From Rebecca billardiae RCC1528 (lineage: Eukaryota > Protista > Haptophyta), in contig OZ251233.1 of assembly GCA_965240325.2 (NCBI GenBank), positions 1,736,001-1,800,000 on the forward strand: a stretch of 64,000 bases of DNA. The letters are read 5' to 3'. Shown here one piece after another: positions 23,818 through 34,974 of the stretch. The notes beneath the pieces were generated by a model. That model did not search any database and had not been told where the DNA came from. It was given only the letters and a program-made list of their open reading frames with translations. Both the position numbers and the translations under genes were made by a program. Position 1 is the first letter of the stretch. Each line of letters starts with the position of its first letter.

Positions 23818-24841
23818 ATGCAGCTGCGCAGGCCCATACCGCCAGCCGAGCCGCCGCCCTGGCGGCCATGGCGAGCGCTCGACAACCTGTGGGAGCCGGT
23901 GTGGGACGACTCGCCGTCACATCGCTACTTGACCACGTACTATTTCATTCTCACCCTCTCAGGGCTGGCGGCCGTCGTCGTGATCAAGAACCTGAGACCT
24001 GCGGCGCTGCGCGGGCACGTGCGGTCGTGGGGGGTCGCGGTGCAGAGAGTGAAGCGCACGGTCATGGAGATCGAGCGAAAGACATTCCATCTGTGCGGGC
24101 TGCTCGTCCCGCTGATCTACCAGCTCCTGCTCGACCTCGGCTTTGCGCACTCGGACTGCGCCGAGCTGTGCTGGGCAATCACGATTGGCGGCTGGACTGC
24201 CGACTTGCTGCGGCTGCACGTCCCGATCGTGCGGCGTAACTTCCCGATGCAGTCGCTCCTGCGCGCGCACGAGATGGACCGGCTCTGCGGCGCGTGCTAC
24301 TTCTCGCTCGGCTGCACGCTCTCCATCACGCTCTTCCCGCCAGCGATCGCGCAGACCTCCATCATTTTCGTGGTGCTTGGCGACATGTCTGCCGCGCTGA
24401 TCGGCGTGTCCTTTGGGCGCGACATGTGCGTGGTCAAGCTCGGGCGTGAGGGTAAGAAGTCGCTCGAGGGCTCGGCGGCGATGTTTACCGTATGCTTCGT
24501 CGTCGGCTGCTCCATCTTCAGCGCAGTGCGCGCGTGCGCCCTCGGACCCACTCGTGCGCCCCGCACTGCCGAGCGCCCCGGCTGCGGTGCGCCCGGCTCA
24601 CACCTCGGCGCGACGATCGCGGCCACGGCGGCACGGCGCCCAGGTGCGGCTGTGCGAGTACGCGGTGTTCATGGGCGCGCTCGCGGCAACCTTGACGGAG
24701 CTGTACGAGCCCCTTGGCGTGAACGACAACCTGACCGTGCCGGTGATCTCGGCGCTGATGCTCACGTGGGGCTTTGTGCGCATCGAGAACTGCGACAGCG
24801 GTGAGGGGACGCCGCTCGTGTGGAAGACGCAGACGCCGTGA
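23818..24841 (+). CDS. CTP-dependent kinase/cytidylyltransferase-family membrane protein (Dgk1/phytol kinase-like; intron 24526-24643)
   Basis: EIERKTFHL, LLRAHE, LGDMSAALIG, KKSLEGS and NDNLTVP motifs with multiple TM helices. Confidence 0.88.
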
Positions 24842-25904
24842 TACGCGCACCGGCACCGCCGAGCGCCGAGGGCCGAAAGGTGGCGTCGGCTCGGCTTGTA
24901 CCGTGCTGTGCAGCCCGATCCCCGTCAGGCGATTGCCATCTCCCCGCCTGCCGGACATCGGTCACGGGACACTGTCGGTCCCGACAGCGATCTCGCCGAA
25001 TGGCGTCAAGTGGCAAGTCCCCGACTCGGATGGCGATGCAGGCGGGTGCCGCGACCCGCTTGCATCCGAGTGATGACGCGGTCGCGGGGGCCTCGCGGCC
25101 GCGTGGCCCGTCCCGGGCGTCCAGACGGCCAGCGGCAGGAGTGCGCAGGACGGCCGCGGCCGCAGATCGATCATCACTCAGTTCTAATTCATCAGCATTG
25201 TCAGCTGCTCCGCCATGCCCGGAATTCGTTACCAGCGCAGTCTCAGTCGAGCGCGCGCGCAGCAACTGAGCAAGGCGCAAGCCAGCTAGCATCGTCTGCC
25301 ACTTCTCTCGCCATCTGTCCGCGGCTAGCTCACACTCAGTGTCACACTCACGGTGACTCTCACTCAGCCTCTCAGCCCGCTGAGTCTCACCGGGGCGTTA
25401 CTCACTCCGTCTCCGAGTTAGTGCTGCCTGGGGCCCTGCCTGCTGGCGACGATATATCGTCTATATCTATCGTCGTCATCATCGGAAATAGTGTCTGATG
25501 CCGTGCGCGCGGCCGTCGTCATCGCCATATCGCCAGCAGCCAGGCCGGCCAGGAAGGCCATGTTGAGCGCGCATCACACTCACGCACAGAATACTGCGCG
25601 GACTGCTGGACACAGGACCTGAGTGACAGGACCTGTCGGACAGGACACGGCCACGGATGACCGCGTCGTCAACTCTGCGCACTCGGAGTCGGACCCTCTG
25701 CGTCTCCCGCAGTGCCGCAGCGGAAGCATCACATGCTTCCGCGTGCGCGAAGCATCAAACAAAGAAGAAGCCAAGCCCCTCGTCCCATGACTGATGAAGC
25801 AGCCACGTGATGGTTCGGCACAACGCGGGTGCGGCAGCAGCAGCAGCAGCTCGGTGCAGCAGCTGCTTTGCGTGCGGTGGCTTTGGCACCGCCGGCGCGA
25901 GACC

Positions 25905-26981
25905 TTATCGGCTGCGGCCAATGGTGTCCGCGACCAGGCTGAGCAGGTGCAGGTTGGAGCCACCCGACGACGTCGACGCGCCCGCGTCCGGCGACAGCGA
26001 CGACTTGGCGGCCACCGGCGCTGAACGGAGCACGCCCAGCGCGGGTGCGCTCGCGGGCGCGCCAGCCTCCGTTGACACCAGCTGCGACGGCGCCGAGTCG
26101 AAATCGCTCGGGGCCTCGGCGGAGAGCGGGGACGTGGTCTGCACGCTCGTGGGGATGGGGACAACGCGCACCGCCTGCCCGCTGTGCGTGTAGCTCAGGC
26201 AAAGCGGCGTGCCGTGCGTCGCGCTGCGCGCCGTCCTGAGCGCACCTGCGCTGCTGTGGCACTGTCCGCTGCTGCTCGACGGCGCCTGGGGCTGGTGCTC
26301 CGTGTTCTCGACGGCGGAGGGCGCGGGCACGTGCGCTTGCCAGCGCGAGCCCATGCGCAGCGGCGAGGACCGCGCGGCCAGCGCCACCGCGCGCTCGATG
26401 TCCGCCGGCCGCAGCGGCGACGAGCGCGGTGACGCCACCGCCGTCTGCTCGTCGCGCGCGAGCTCACCCAGCGGCGTGCGCGGCCGCGACGCGTGCCCGC
26501 CCTTCTCCGACACGGGCGAGGCTGGCTCGAGATCGGCGAGCTCGCCCGGGCGCGATGGCGTCTGCGAGCTCCCGCCACCGTCGCTGCCGTTCGTTGGCGA
26601 GCCGCCGGGCGTGTCCGCTCCCGTCGGCCGCCGAACGCCGCCAACTGCCGCGACAAAGGTGCCGTCTGGGCGCGGGAAGACCTCGGGTAGGATGAGGTTG
26701 GGGTTGATCAGCGTGCGACGCGACTGAGGTGGCGGGATGTACTCGCCCGAGCCCTCCTTGAGCACCTTGACGAAGTACTTCTGCGCGTGCGAGCGCAGCT
26801 GCGCCGCGTTGCGCGTGCCGACGTGCGCCTGGATGCGCTTCCAGTCGCGGCCGTACAGCTTGAGGCCCTCGACGAGCTTGCGGTGCTCCTCCTCGGTCCA
26901 GCGGCGGCGCTGCTTGCCTCGCGCGCCATCGTCGCCACCGCCGCCGCCCATCCGTGCAGGCACCTGGTAAACCGTCGTCAT
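25905..26981 (-). CDS. MYB-related transcription factor, SHAQKYF class
   Basis: RWTEEEHRKLVEGLKLYGRDWKRIQAHVGTRNAAQLRSHAQKYF. Confidence 0.92.
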   Translation of the reverse strand: MTTVYQVPARMGGGGGDDGARGKQRRRWTEEEHRKLVEGLKLYGRDWKRIQAHVGTRNAAQLRSHAQKYFVKVLKEGSGEYIPPPQSRRTLINPNLILPEVFPRPDGTFVAAVGGVRRPTGADTPGGSPTNGSDGGGSSQTPSRPGELADLEPASPVSEKGGHASRPRTPLGELARDEQTAVASPRSSPLRPADIERAVALAARSSPLRMGSRWQAHVPAPSAVENTEHQPQAPSSSSGQCHSSAGALRTARSATHGTPLCLSYTHSGQAVRVVPIPTSVQTTSPLSAEAPSDFDSAPSQLVSTEAGAPASAPALGVLRSAPVAAKSSLSPDAGASTSSGGSNLHLLSLVADTIGRSR

Positions 26982-27284
26982 CGGCGTCGCCGTCCGCGTT
27001 CGCAACCGTTAAGCGCACGATGCGCGTCGACTGCCTGAGGCTGTGCCGGCGGTTTGAGCAAGCCGGTGCGGCAGCCGCGAGCTGCCGAGCTCTGGCTCGC
27101 TCGCCACCGGCTGGACCAGTCTGAAGTCAGGGCTGTGCCGGTTCACGAAGGTGAGACTTGAAACGGGAAAACGGCCGCCCGCAAACAGAAAACGGCAGAG
27201 GCTACCGGGCCGGGGGGGCTTGCCTCTTCCAGACGCGGTTCGTCAACGCTCCACGCGCGCCCCATGCCGTCCGTGTCCGGAGCC

Positions 27285-28901
27285 ATGGGCGCTCTTCTCC
27301 TGGCTGTCACGGTGGTCCTCGGGGTAGAAGAAGCCCAGCACGGCGCAGCGCCGCCACCCCGGAGCGTCAGCATCGCACCCGAGGGCTCGTCCTTGGCCGA
27401 CCTGCCCGCGCTCGTCGCTCGCGCGCCGTGGGAGCCGCTCGTGCTGCGCGGCGCGTTCCAAGGCGTCGACACGGCTGCACTCGTCGAGGAGGCGGGCGAC
27501 GCGGCGCTCGGCGGCGTGATCGACATCGCGCGCGGCGAGCCACCCGCAATCTTCCACCACAACGCGCGCAAGCCGCTCGCGGGCATGCGCGGCATCGAGC
27601 CCGCGCACGAGCGCTCGGCCGCGAACGCGAGCGCGCGCGACGTCGTGTCAGCCATCAAGCGCGGTGAGCGTTGGCGGTACGCCGCCGCGGGCAACTCGTC
27701 GCTCGGACGCGCGCTGCGCGCGCTCATCGACGTGGACGCGCTCAGCGCCGCGCTGCTCGACGCCGGTCGGGCGCCCCCGCTCTCCCTCTCCCCCGAGCAC
27801 CACGCATCGACCTCGGTGTGGCTGGCGGGTACAGGCACGACTTCGCACTGTCACTACGACGCCTCGGCCAACGTGTACGCGCAGCTGGACGGCGCGCGGC
27901 GCTTCGAGCTCGCGCCGCCGTGCGCGCACGCGGCGCTGCGCGTGCACTCCTACCTGCACCCGCGCTTCCGCCGCGCGCAGGTCGACGATCCCGCCGCCGC
28001 ACTCGCGGCCAGCGCGGGCGGCGCGTGTGGTGCGCGCGCGGGCGGTGAGGGCGGATGCGCGCACGCGCCGTGCGCCGTCGAGCTCAGCGCGGGCGACGTG
28101 CTCTATCTGCCGCCGTTCCACTTCCACCACGTCACGCCCACCTCGACGCCATCCCTCTCCGCCAACGCGTGGATGGGCTCCGCCCCGGTCGCGCGCGCGC
28201 AGCACGCCGTGGCGCGCGGCGCGAGCTCTCTGCTCCCGACCCGTCCCGGCGAGGCGCCCAGATTGCAATCTCGGCGCGCGGCCATGGTGTCTGATGAGCC
28301 GAGGCCTGAGCCGTGGTCGGAAACGGCTGGTTGGAGCGCGCAGGAGCGCGCCGCGCTGCTCGAGCTGGCGCTGGCTGCGTTCGCGCGTAGCGCGCTCGGG
28401 CTCGACACGAGCCGCGCCGCGCGTGCCTGGCTCCACGCCACCATGCGCGCGCGCTGGGCGACCCTGGTCAGCGCCGAGCCCGCGATCGCGCGCAAGTTGG
28501 CGCGCTTCTGCGCGCCCGATGCGCGCGAGGGGCGCCGCGCGCTCGCGGCGGCGGCGCTCGAGGCGGCGGCGGTGGCTGGCGTGGGAGGGCTGGACGAGCT
28601 CGAGCGCGGCGCCGCGGCGGCGGGCGCGCCTTTCCGAGGGCTCCCCGCCGGCGCCGACGAGCTCGAGGCGGCCAACCTCGCAGAGCAGGCGGCGCACGCG
28701 CTGCTGCGCCGCCCGGCGGTCGTCGGCAGCTTCCTGTGGGGCTGCTTTGGCGACGCCGAGCTGGGCGGGGGCGGGGCCGCGGGGGCGTCGACGCCGCTCG
28801 GGACGAGGCGGCGCGGCCAGTCTCAGGAGCCCGACGCCGACGCGGGCGAGGGCGGCGGTGCAGCAGCAGCGGCGCACCAGTGCGTCGCCGAGTCGCTGTG
28901 A
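27285..28901 (+). CDS. JmjC/cupin-like 2OG-Fe(II) oxygenase with signal peptide
   Basis: SHCHYD (HxD) and GDVLYLPPFHFHHV motifs, plus a hydrophobic N-terminus. Confidence 0.85.
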   Translation: MGALLLAVTVVLGVEEAQHGAAPPPRSVSIAPEGSSLADLPALVARAPWEPLVLRGAFQGVDTAALVEEAGDAALGGVIDIARGEPPAIFHHNARKPLAGMRGIEPAHERSAANASARDVVSAIKRGERWRYAAAGNSSLGRALRALIDVDALSAALLDAGRAPPLSLSPEHHASTSVWLAGTGTTSHCHYDASANVYAQLDGARRFELAPPCAHAALRVHSYLHPRFRRAQVDDPAAALAASAGGACGARAGGEGGCAHAPCAVELSAGDVLYLPPFHFHHVTPTSTPSLSANAWMGSAPVARAQHAVARGASSLLPTRPGEAPRLQSRRAAMVSDEPRPEPWSETAGWSAQERAALLELALAAFARSALGLDTSRAARAWLHATMRARWATLVSAEPAIARKLARFCAPDAREGRRALAAAALEAAAVAGVGGLDELERGAAAAGAPFRGLPAGADELEAANLAEQAAHALLRRPAVVGSFLWGCFGDAELGGGGAAGASTPLGTRRRGQSQEPDADAGEGGGAAAAAHQCVAESL

Positions 28902-29134
28902 TGACCGTCTGTACAGTTTACTATAAGAATAAGAGACGCACACAGCTCAGGCAGGCGAGACAGTAGCGGTCGTCGTCATGACAATGGCAGACGACGGAGA
29001 GCTGACTGACGACGACGGTTACTACTACAGAGCACAACTACAAGCGCGTGCCGAAACCGGCGCGGTATTTGACGGCGAAACCGTGAATAAGGTGAAACCG
29101 CGGGTGCGAATTTTGGGCCGCCAGATCGAGCGGC

Positions 29135-32100
29135 ATGTCCACGTCCAGCGTCACAGGCCGCCCGCCCTCAGTGCCGCGCGTGCCGCTCGATCGGCTCATC
29201 GGCTCCAGCTGCTCGGCGTCTCCGCACGTGCCCTCCACGACGGCGGGTGCGGCGATGCCTGCAGCGGCGGCAGCGACCGCGCCGCCCCCGCAGCCAGACC
29301 CGCTGGCCGCATGGCTGGCGTCCGTCGAGCCGGTCGCGGCGGAGGTGCCGCCGAAGGTGGCGACGTCAGGCCCGTCGTCAACGCCCCCTGACCAAAGCGA
29401 GCCGCCCCAGACGCAGCCCGCCGAGCCAAAGCCCGCGCCGCACGGCCAGCTTCCTCTTCCGGGCGCCGGGCACTCGGCGGAGCGCGGCTTGCGCACGCCG
29501 CTGCACGGCGGCCTGGCGGAGAAGTCGCGCACGCCGACCGCGCGCCGCTCGTCGATCCCGTCGCTGCCGATGGAGATGGTCTCGCTCGAGCCCTCGCCCT
29601 CGGGCTCGAGCGCCAGCCCGGCGGCGAACGGAACGGCGGGCGTAAGCGCAAGCGCGGGCGGCAGCAGCGCTGCGCCGCCACTCTCTGCATCGCCGACGGC
29701 GGCGGCGGCCGGCTTCGCGGCGGGCGAGGCGGGGTCTGGATCGGCGGCCGAGTCGGAGCACGCCGAGCCGCACGCGCCCGCCCACCATCCGCACGCGTCG
29801 GGCACGGACAGCACTCGCGCGACGCACGGCTCGCCGCGCCGAGCGGCCGCCACTCGCGTCCAAGCTCACATTCGGGGACACGCGGCGCGCGCGCGCGCGC
29901 GCGACGGGCGGCGGCGGCAGCAGGAGGCGCGCGAGTCGCAGGCCGCGATCTCGGTGCAGGCGGCCGAGCGCGGCCGCCGCGAGCGTGCGCGGCAGCGCGA
30001 GCGCAGGCGCGCGCCCACGTCTGGCGGCGGCGCGCTGCGCGCGGGCGAGGCGACCGGGCTGAAGCCTGCATCGCGCGGCGCCCCTGTGGCGCCCAAAGGC
30101 GGTGCTGGCGGGCACAGGCCGCGTCAGGCCGCGCTGCTCGCTCGGCCCGACGCGGACGCCGACGCGCAGGCCGCTGCTCCCGAGTCCGGCGCGTCGCTCA
30201 TCCCGAGGCCCGGCGCGGCCGCTCGGCAGCCGAAGGGCGGCGGCGCTAGGCCAGCCGGCGGCGGGCCCGGCGCGCCCACGCGCGCGCGCGCCGCGGCCGC
30301 GCGCACGCCTCCGCGCACGCCTCCGCGGCCGCAGAGAAGCGGCGCGGGTCCTGGGCCTGGCGCCGGCACGGGCGGGCCAGCTGGCGGCGCGCGCGGTGCC
30401 GGCCGCTCACCGCCACGCCCGCGCACCGGCCCCGGTGGGAGCGGCGAGCGCCGGGCGGCGCCGGCCGCTGCTGTGGCCATCGGCACAGCGGAGCGCGCGC
30501 GCACGCCGCCGGCTCGGCCGCTGCAGTCGCGCGCGGGCGCGCGCGCGCCCTCGCCGCCTCAGCACGCGTCCAAGCCGTCGACCGCGGCCGCAGCCACGCA
30601 TGGCGCCGGGGGCGCGTCGCGCTCGCCACCGCCCGCGGGAGCGCTTCGCGGCAGTCACGGCCCCGGCGGCGCTCGCGCGACAACGGGCGGCACTGTCGCT
30701 CGGAGCCGCCCGGTGGGGGCCCCGCTCCGAGCACAGAGCAGAGCGCTTGGCGGCGGCGGCGTGGGCGGCGAGGGGTCTGCGGCTGCCCCGCCCTCTGCCC
30801 CGCCCTCTGCCCCGCCGAAGGCGGCCCCGCCGAAGGCGGAGGCGGCGTATGCCCATGCCCCGCCGCCGGCCGCTGGCGCGCGCGGGACGCCTCCGCGCGC
30901 GCGGCCCAAGCCCCCGGCCGATGAGAGCGACGCTCGCCCACGCGGCAGCAGCCCCGCGCGCAGCACGACTGCGCTCAGCGCGACACCGCACGCGCGCGCG
31001 CGCGCGGCTGGCGGCGGCGGCAGTGGCTCCCTGGCTGGCACGCCCGCATGTGTGGGCGCCGCGCGCGCGCACTCCGCGCCGCGCGCCCCAGTGCGCACGC
31101 CGCCGCCCGCGAGTGCCTCGCTGGCACAACCTCCGAGCAGCGCACCTCGGCATGCGGCGCGCGCGCGGCCGGGCGTGCGTGCCGCGCCGGCGGGCTCGGC
31201 CGCGGCCGCTGGCTCGCCGGCGCGCTACACGCCGCCAGCGCGCGCCGCGGGCAGCGCGATCCCGATGCTGGCGGCGGGTGCGGCGGCGGGTGCGAAGGGC
31301 GGCGTCCGCGCGCGCTCGCTCAGCCCCCGCCCGCACCGTTCCTCCCTGCCGCTGCCGCTCGCGACGTCGCCGGCGCGCGCCGAGCTCTCGCGCATCCCGA
31401 CGCCGGCGCACGGCTCGCGCCGCGTGTCCGCGGCGGATCTGCAATACCTCGCCGGGCGCCCTCGGCATGAGCACGCCGCGACGGTGGTGCAGGCGGCGGC
31501 GCGCGGGCGCGCCGTGCGACGGGAGAGCGCGAGGCGCGCCGCCGCCGGCGCACGCCGCCGCAGCTCGACCGCCAAGCCAGCCGCCGCCGCCGGGCCGCGG
31601 CGCGCCAGCGGCGCACGCTCACCTGGTCTTCGCGCCGGCCGGACTGGCGCGGCGGGCGCGGCGGGCGCGGCGCGCGCGCGCACGCCGGCGCCGGCGCGCC
31701 CTGCGCCGACGCCGTCGGGCGCGGCAGCTGCGTCGGCTGGCCGCCGCCCTGCGTCCGTCACGAACTCCACCTCCGCCTCGCCCGCCGCCGCCCACCGCCG
31801 CGCCTCCCCCGCCGCCCGCGCACCCGCCGGTTCGGCCGCCGCCACCGCGCGGCCCGCCAGGCTGAGACAGGCCGCGGTGGCCGCCCGGCCCGGCGCGGCG
31901 GGCGTGGGCGCGGTGGGCGGGAGGAGCGGCGCGGCGCGGCTCGGCGGCGGGCCGAGCGCGCACCATGCGCAGCGCAGCACGGGCAACGGCCGCGCCGCTG
32001 AGCCGCCCCGAGCCAGGAGCGCTGGTCCCGTCGCGCAGCGCGCGGCCGCGGCTGCGCGCTCGGCCGGCGGTGGTGGCGGCAGCGCAGCCGGCAGTCGGCG

Positions 32101-32815
32101 CAGCGCGGGCAGCCCTGCCGGTCGTGCCGCGCACGCGGCGTCGCCGCAGCGGCACCCACCTCTCCCGTTGCCAGCCGCCCACGCCGGCCAGCCCGCGGAC
32201 GTGGACGCAAGCGATGCCCCCCACAGCCGCGCGCCCCCAGCGCCTCCGCACGCGCCGGGCGCACGGCGGCTGTCAGCGGGTAGCGTGGCCGTGAGCGAGC
32301 CTGCTGGCGGCTCGGCGGCAGAGACACCGCGCTCCGTGCACATCCTGATGCACACGCTCTCGAGCTGCTCCATGCCATCCTCCCCCTCCGGCGGCGGCGG
32401 CGGCGGCGGCTTTGGCGCCGACCTCGCGCGGCGCGGGCGCACTTCCTTCGAGGTAGCCGGCGGCACCGCAGCGGCGCGCGCCGCCTCAGCGTCGCCGCCG
32501 CTGCCGCGAGGGCCGCCGCCCGCGCCCCCGCCGCGCAAGGCCAAGCCTGTACTGCCAGCGGCCGGCGGTACGGGGGGCACGCGCCCTGGCGCACAGGCCG
32601 GTGGCCCAGCGCCGGCGTCGCCGCCCCTCCTGCCCGAATCCGGCGACGACGGCGACCGGCTGCGGAGGGCACAGGCGCGCGCCATGGCAGAGGCGCCCTC
32701 TCACGGCTGGCTGCTCGGCGGCGCTCTGGGCGGCAGCGGCCTCTTCCACTCCCTCTTCTTCGGCCGACAGCCCGCCACCGAGCAGGCGGAGCAGGCTGCG
32801 ACCATACAAGAATAA
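29135..32815 (+). CDS. Large A/P/R-rich low-complexity protein with three IQ-like motifs
   Basis: AATRVQAHIRGHAAR, AAISVQAAERGRRER and AATVVQAAARGRAVR within a 1226-aa ORF. Confidence 0.65.
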   Translation: MSTSSVTGRPPSVPRVPLDRLIGSSCSASPHVPSTTAGAAMPAAAAATAPPPQPDPLAAWLASVEPVAAEVPPKVATSGPSSTPPDQSEPPQTQPAEPKPAPHGQLPLPGAGHSAERGLRTPLHGGLAEKSRTPTARRSSIPSLPMEMVSLEPSPSGSSASPAANGTAGVSASAGGSSAAPPLSASPTAAAAGFAAGEAGSGSAAESEHAEPHAPAHHPHASGTDSTRATHGSPRRAAATRVQAHIRGHAARARARDGRRRQQEARESQAAISVQAAERGRRERARQRERRRAPTSGGGALRAGEATGLKPASRGAPVAPKGGAGGHRPRQAALLARPDADADAQAAAPESGASLIPRPGAAARQPKGGGARPAGGGPGAPTRARAAAARTPPRTPPRPQRSGAGPGPGAGTGGPAGGARGAGRSPPRPRTGPGGSGERRAAPAAAVAIGTAERARTPPARPLQSRAGARAPSPPQHASKPSTAAAATHGAGGASRSPPPAGALRGSHGPGGARATTGGTVARSRPVGAPLRAQSRALGGGGVGGEGSAAAPPSAPPSAPPKAAPPKAEAAYAHAPPPAAGARGTPPRARPKPPADESDARPRGSSPARSTTALSATPHARARAAGGGGSGSLAGTPACVGAARAHSAPRAPVRTPPPASASLAQPPSSAPRHAARARPGVRAAPAGSAAAAGSPARYTPPARAAGSAIPMLAAGAAAGAKGGVRARSLSPRPHRSSLPLPLATSPARAELSRIPTPAHGSRRVSAADLQYLAGRPRHEHAATVVQAAARGRAVRRESARRAAAGARRRSSTAKPAAAAGPRRASGARSPGLRAGRTGAAGAAGAARARTPAPARPAPTPSGAAAASAGRRPASVTNSTSASPAAAHRRASPAARAPAGSAAATARPARLRQAAVAARPGAAGVGAVGGRSGAARLGGGPSAHHAQRSTGNGRAAEPPRARSAGPVAQRAAAAARSAGGGGGSAAGSRRSAGSPAGRAAHAASPQRHPPLPLPAAHAGQPADVDASDAPHSRAPPAPPHAPGARRLSAGSVAVSEPAGGSAAETPRSVHILMHTLSSCSMPSSPSGGGGGGGFGADLARRGRTSFEVAGGTAAARAASASPPLPRGPPPAPPPRKAKPVLPAAGGTGGTRPGAQAGGPAPASPPLLPESGDDGDRLRRAQARAMAEAPSHGWLLGGALGGSGLFHSLFFGRQPATEQAEQAATIQE

Positions 32816-32962
32816 GCGTGACGCGTGGCTGGCGGCTGTCGCGCTGCACGTCATCGCGTCAACAATAACGTGCGTCGGTACGACGTGCCGAACTACTCAA
32901 GCAGGTTATTGACTGCTATAGTTATTAATAGTGCACGACGGCCGCGCATATTCATGCTGTCG

Positions 32963-32964
<2 letters not shown>

Positions 32965-33036
<72 letters not shown>
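32965..33036. repeat. (AT)n microsatellite
   Basis: Pure AT dinucleotide run. Confidence 0.98.
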
Positions 33037-33038
<2 letters not shown>

Positions 33039-34351
33039 TAGCAGCTAGTAACTGCTGATGCTGCCATCAGCGCCTGATGAGTGATGCGCGCTCGTCATCC
33101 CGCGGCTGCTATCATAATCAGCAGCAGTCTCGTCAGCAGCATGCGCATGATGATGTGACCAATACCGCCCACCGGGACAAGGCCGCCAGGCCCCCGCTGT
33201 TTATGGCCCGCGGTGCAGGGCGGAGCGCGCAGCGTGGAGCCCGCACCAGCGGGCCCGAACAACGTTTCAAAAAGATCTTTGATCAAGAAAAAAGGGACGG
33301 GGGACGATTTTCATGGCTGGAGGAGACCGAGTTTCGAATTTTGAGACCCTCTCTAACATGCATCACGGCCGAAAAAGGTCGCGCCCACGGCAAGTTCATA
33401 GTAAAGCGTGGAGTGACGCCCGTCCAAAAAACTTCACGCCCTTTAGGATCCCTAACGTAACGAACCGTTACAAGCGATTTTTCCGGCCAATGAGATTGCA
33501 GCAAGGTCCAAGGAGCGATGACGTATCTAGATAGAGATTGCCGCGAACCGATGTGACCATGTACGTCCCTTGAATCAGTTGAATCAACTATTCAATCGCG
33601 CCGTGTCTGTATCAGGAGCCGACGAGGCAAGGGTCAGTAGCCGATGGGCCAACCTCGGCGAATCTCAATACTATCTGACACCGGAGCGGGAGCCGGGGCG
33701 CGCGGGCCCGCGTTTTCTACGCCACGGCTGCGGCGAGACCGCGAGAGGATGAGGCGAGCTGACGAGCGACCGACGGGTGAGGACGGCGATGGGCAGGTGC
33801 GCGCGGCGAATGGCGCCTGGAGCGCGCGGCTGCGGCGGGTCCCGACTGCCGTCGACATCGCGTTCGTCGTGCCCCCGCTCACTCCGCGCGCCCCCGCCGC
33901 CCCTGCCGCCCTGTCGATGCCTCGGCGCGGCCTTGCGCGGCCCCGGCGCAGTCCGCGAGCCGGCGCCGCAGCCGCCGCCCTGTGTTCGGGCTCTCGCAAG
34001 CTCGGGGGCAGCGGCGCCTGATGCCGGACTGATCGATCTCTGAGCCTTCGACTTCACCACGCGCCGCCCTTGCCATGCCTTTCCGGGGTCTCCCAGAACT
34101 CTTCTTGATTGAGAGAGAGCAGGCGCGCCGACGATCCGAGTCCATCGTCGGTCGACTCTGAGCGAGGGCTACGCCTCGGAACTGAACGGTACTCTACGAG
34201 GAGGACGAGCTGCGCGGGCGACGGTGGTGCGTGACGTCCCCAGAGCTGGCCGTGCCTCTGCAACGCGTGCCGAGCCTGATCGAGGTGTGTCAGCTGCCCG
34301 TGCACGCGCGGCGAGTGCGCGAACCGGATCACCGGTGCCCTCGCACCTCGT

Positions 34352-34644
34352 CACCGTGCTCCCTCGGGCTGTCAGCTCCGCGTGGCCTGGCGTGCACGTA
34401 GAGTTGCGCTCATGCGTCGATCACGCCTCGCGCCCGCCTGTCGGCCGTCGCGCAGGCGCTGGTCGAACCCTACTCGGACCAGTGCATCATCCCGGGCGCT
34501 GCCGGCGCGGGGGGTGACCCCGGGGACAGCGGTCAGCAGCAGCGGCCCGAACGAATCCGCGGCCCCGCACCGTGCTCCCTGGCTGTCAGCTCCGCGTGGC
34601 CTGGTGTGCACGTGGAGTCGCGCTCATGCGTCGATCACGCCTCG
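34352..34644. repeat. Diverged ~78-bp direct repeat (34352-34430 and 34568-34644)
   Basis: caccgtgctccct...gctgtcagctccgcgtggcctgg...gcgctcatgcgtcgatcacgcctcg occurs twice. Confidence 0.85.
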
Positions 34645-34829
34645 TCGCATCCGCCTGTACACAATCGGCGCCGCGCCGGCGGCTGCAATGGGCCCGCCCG
34701 GCGCGGCGGGCGGCGGCGCGCCGCTGGAGTCTAGTTGTACGGGCATATGCAACTGGTCTGTCAATAGACGACTGCGACGGAGGGTGCACCGCCACCGCGG
34801 GCCCTGAACTACGTTCGTTCTACGGAAAA

Positions 34830-34895
34830 GGACCGCGGAACGCGGTCATATATATATATATCGGACCGCGGAACGCGGTCATATATATATATATC
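34830..34895. repeat. 33-bp tandem duplication, each unit a GACCGCG-GAA-CGCGGTC hairpin followed by (AT)7
   Basis: ggaccgcggaacgcggtcatatatatatatatc x2. Confidence 0.9.
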
Positions 34896-34974
34896 GCGTC
34901 ATCAATAATGTGATGCTGATGGCGCACTGAGCGCTGACTGAGCAAGCTCGGAAGCTAGCGCTGAGCTCGCAGGG

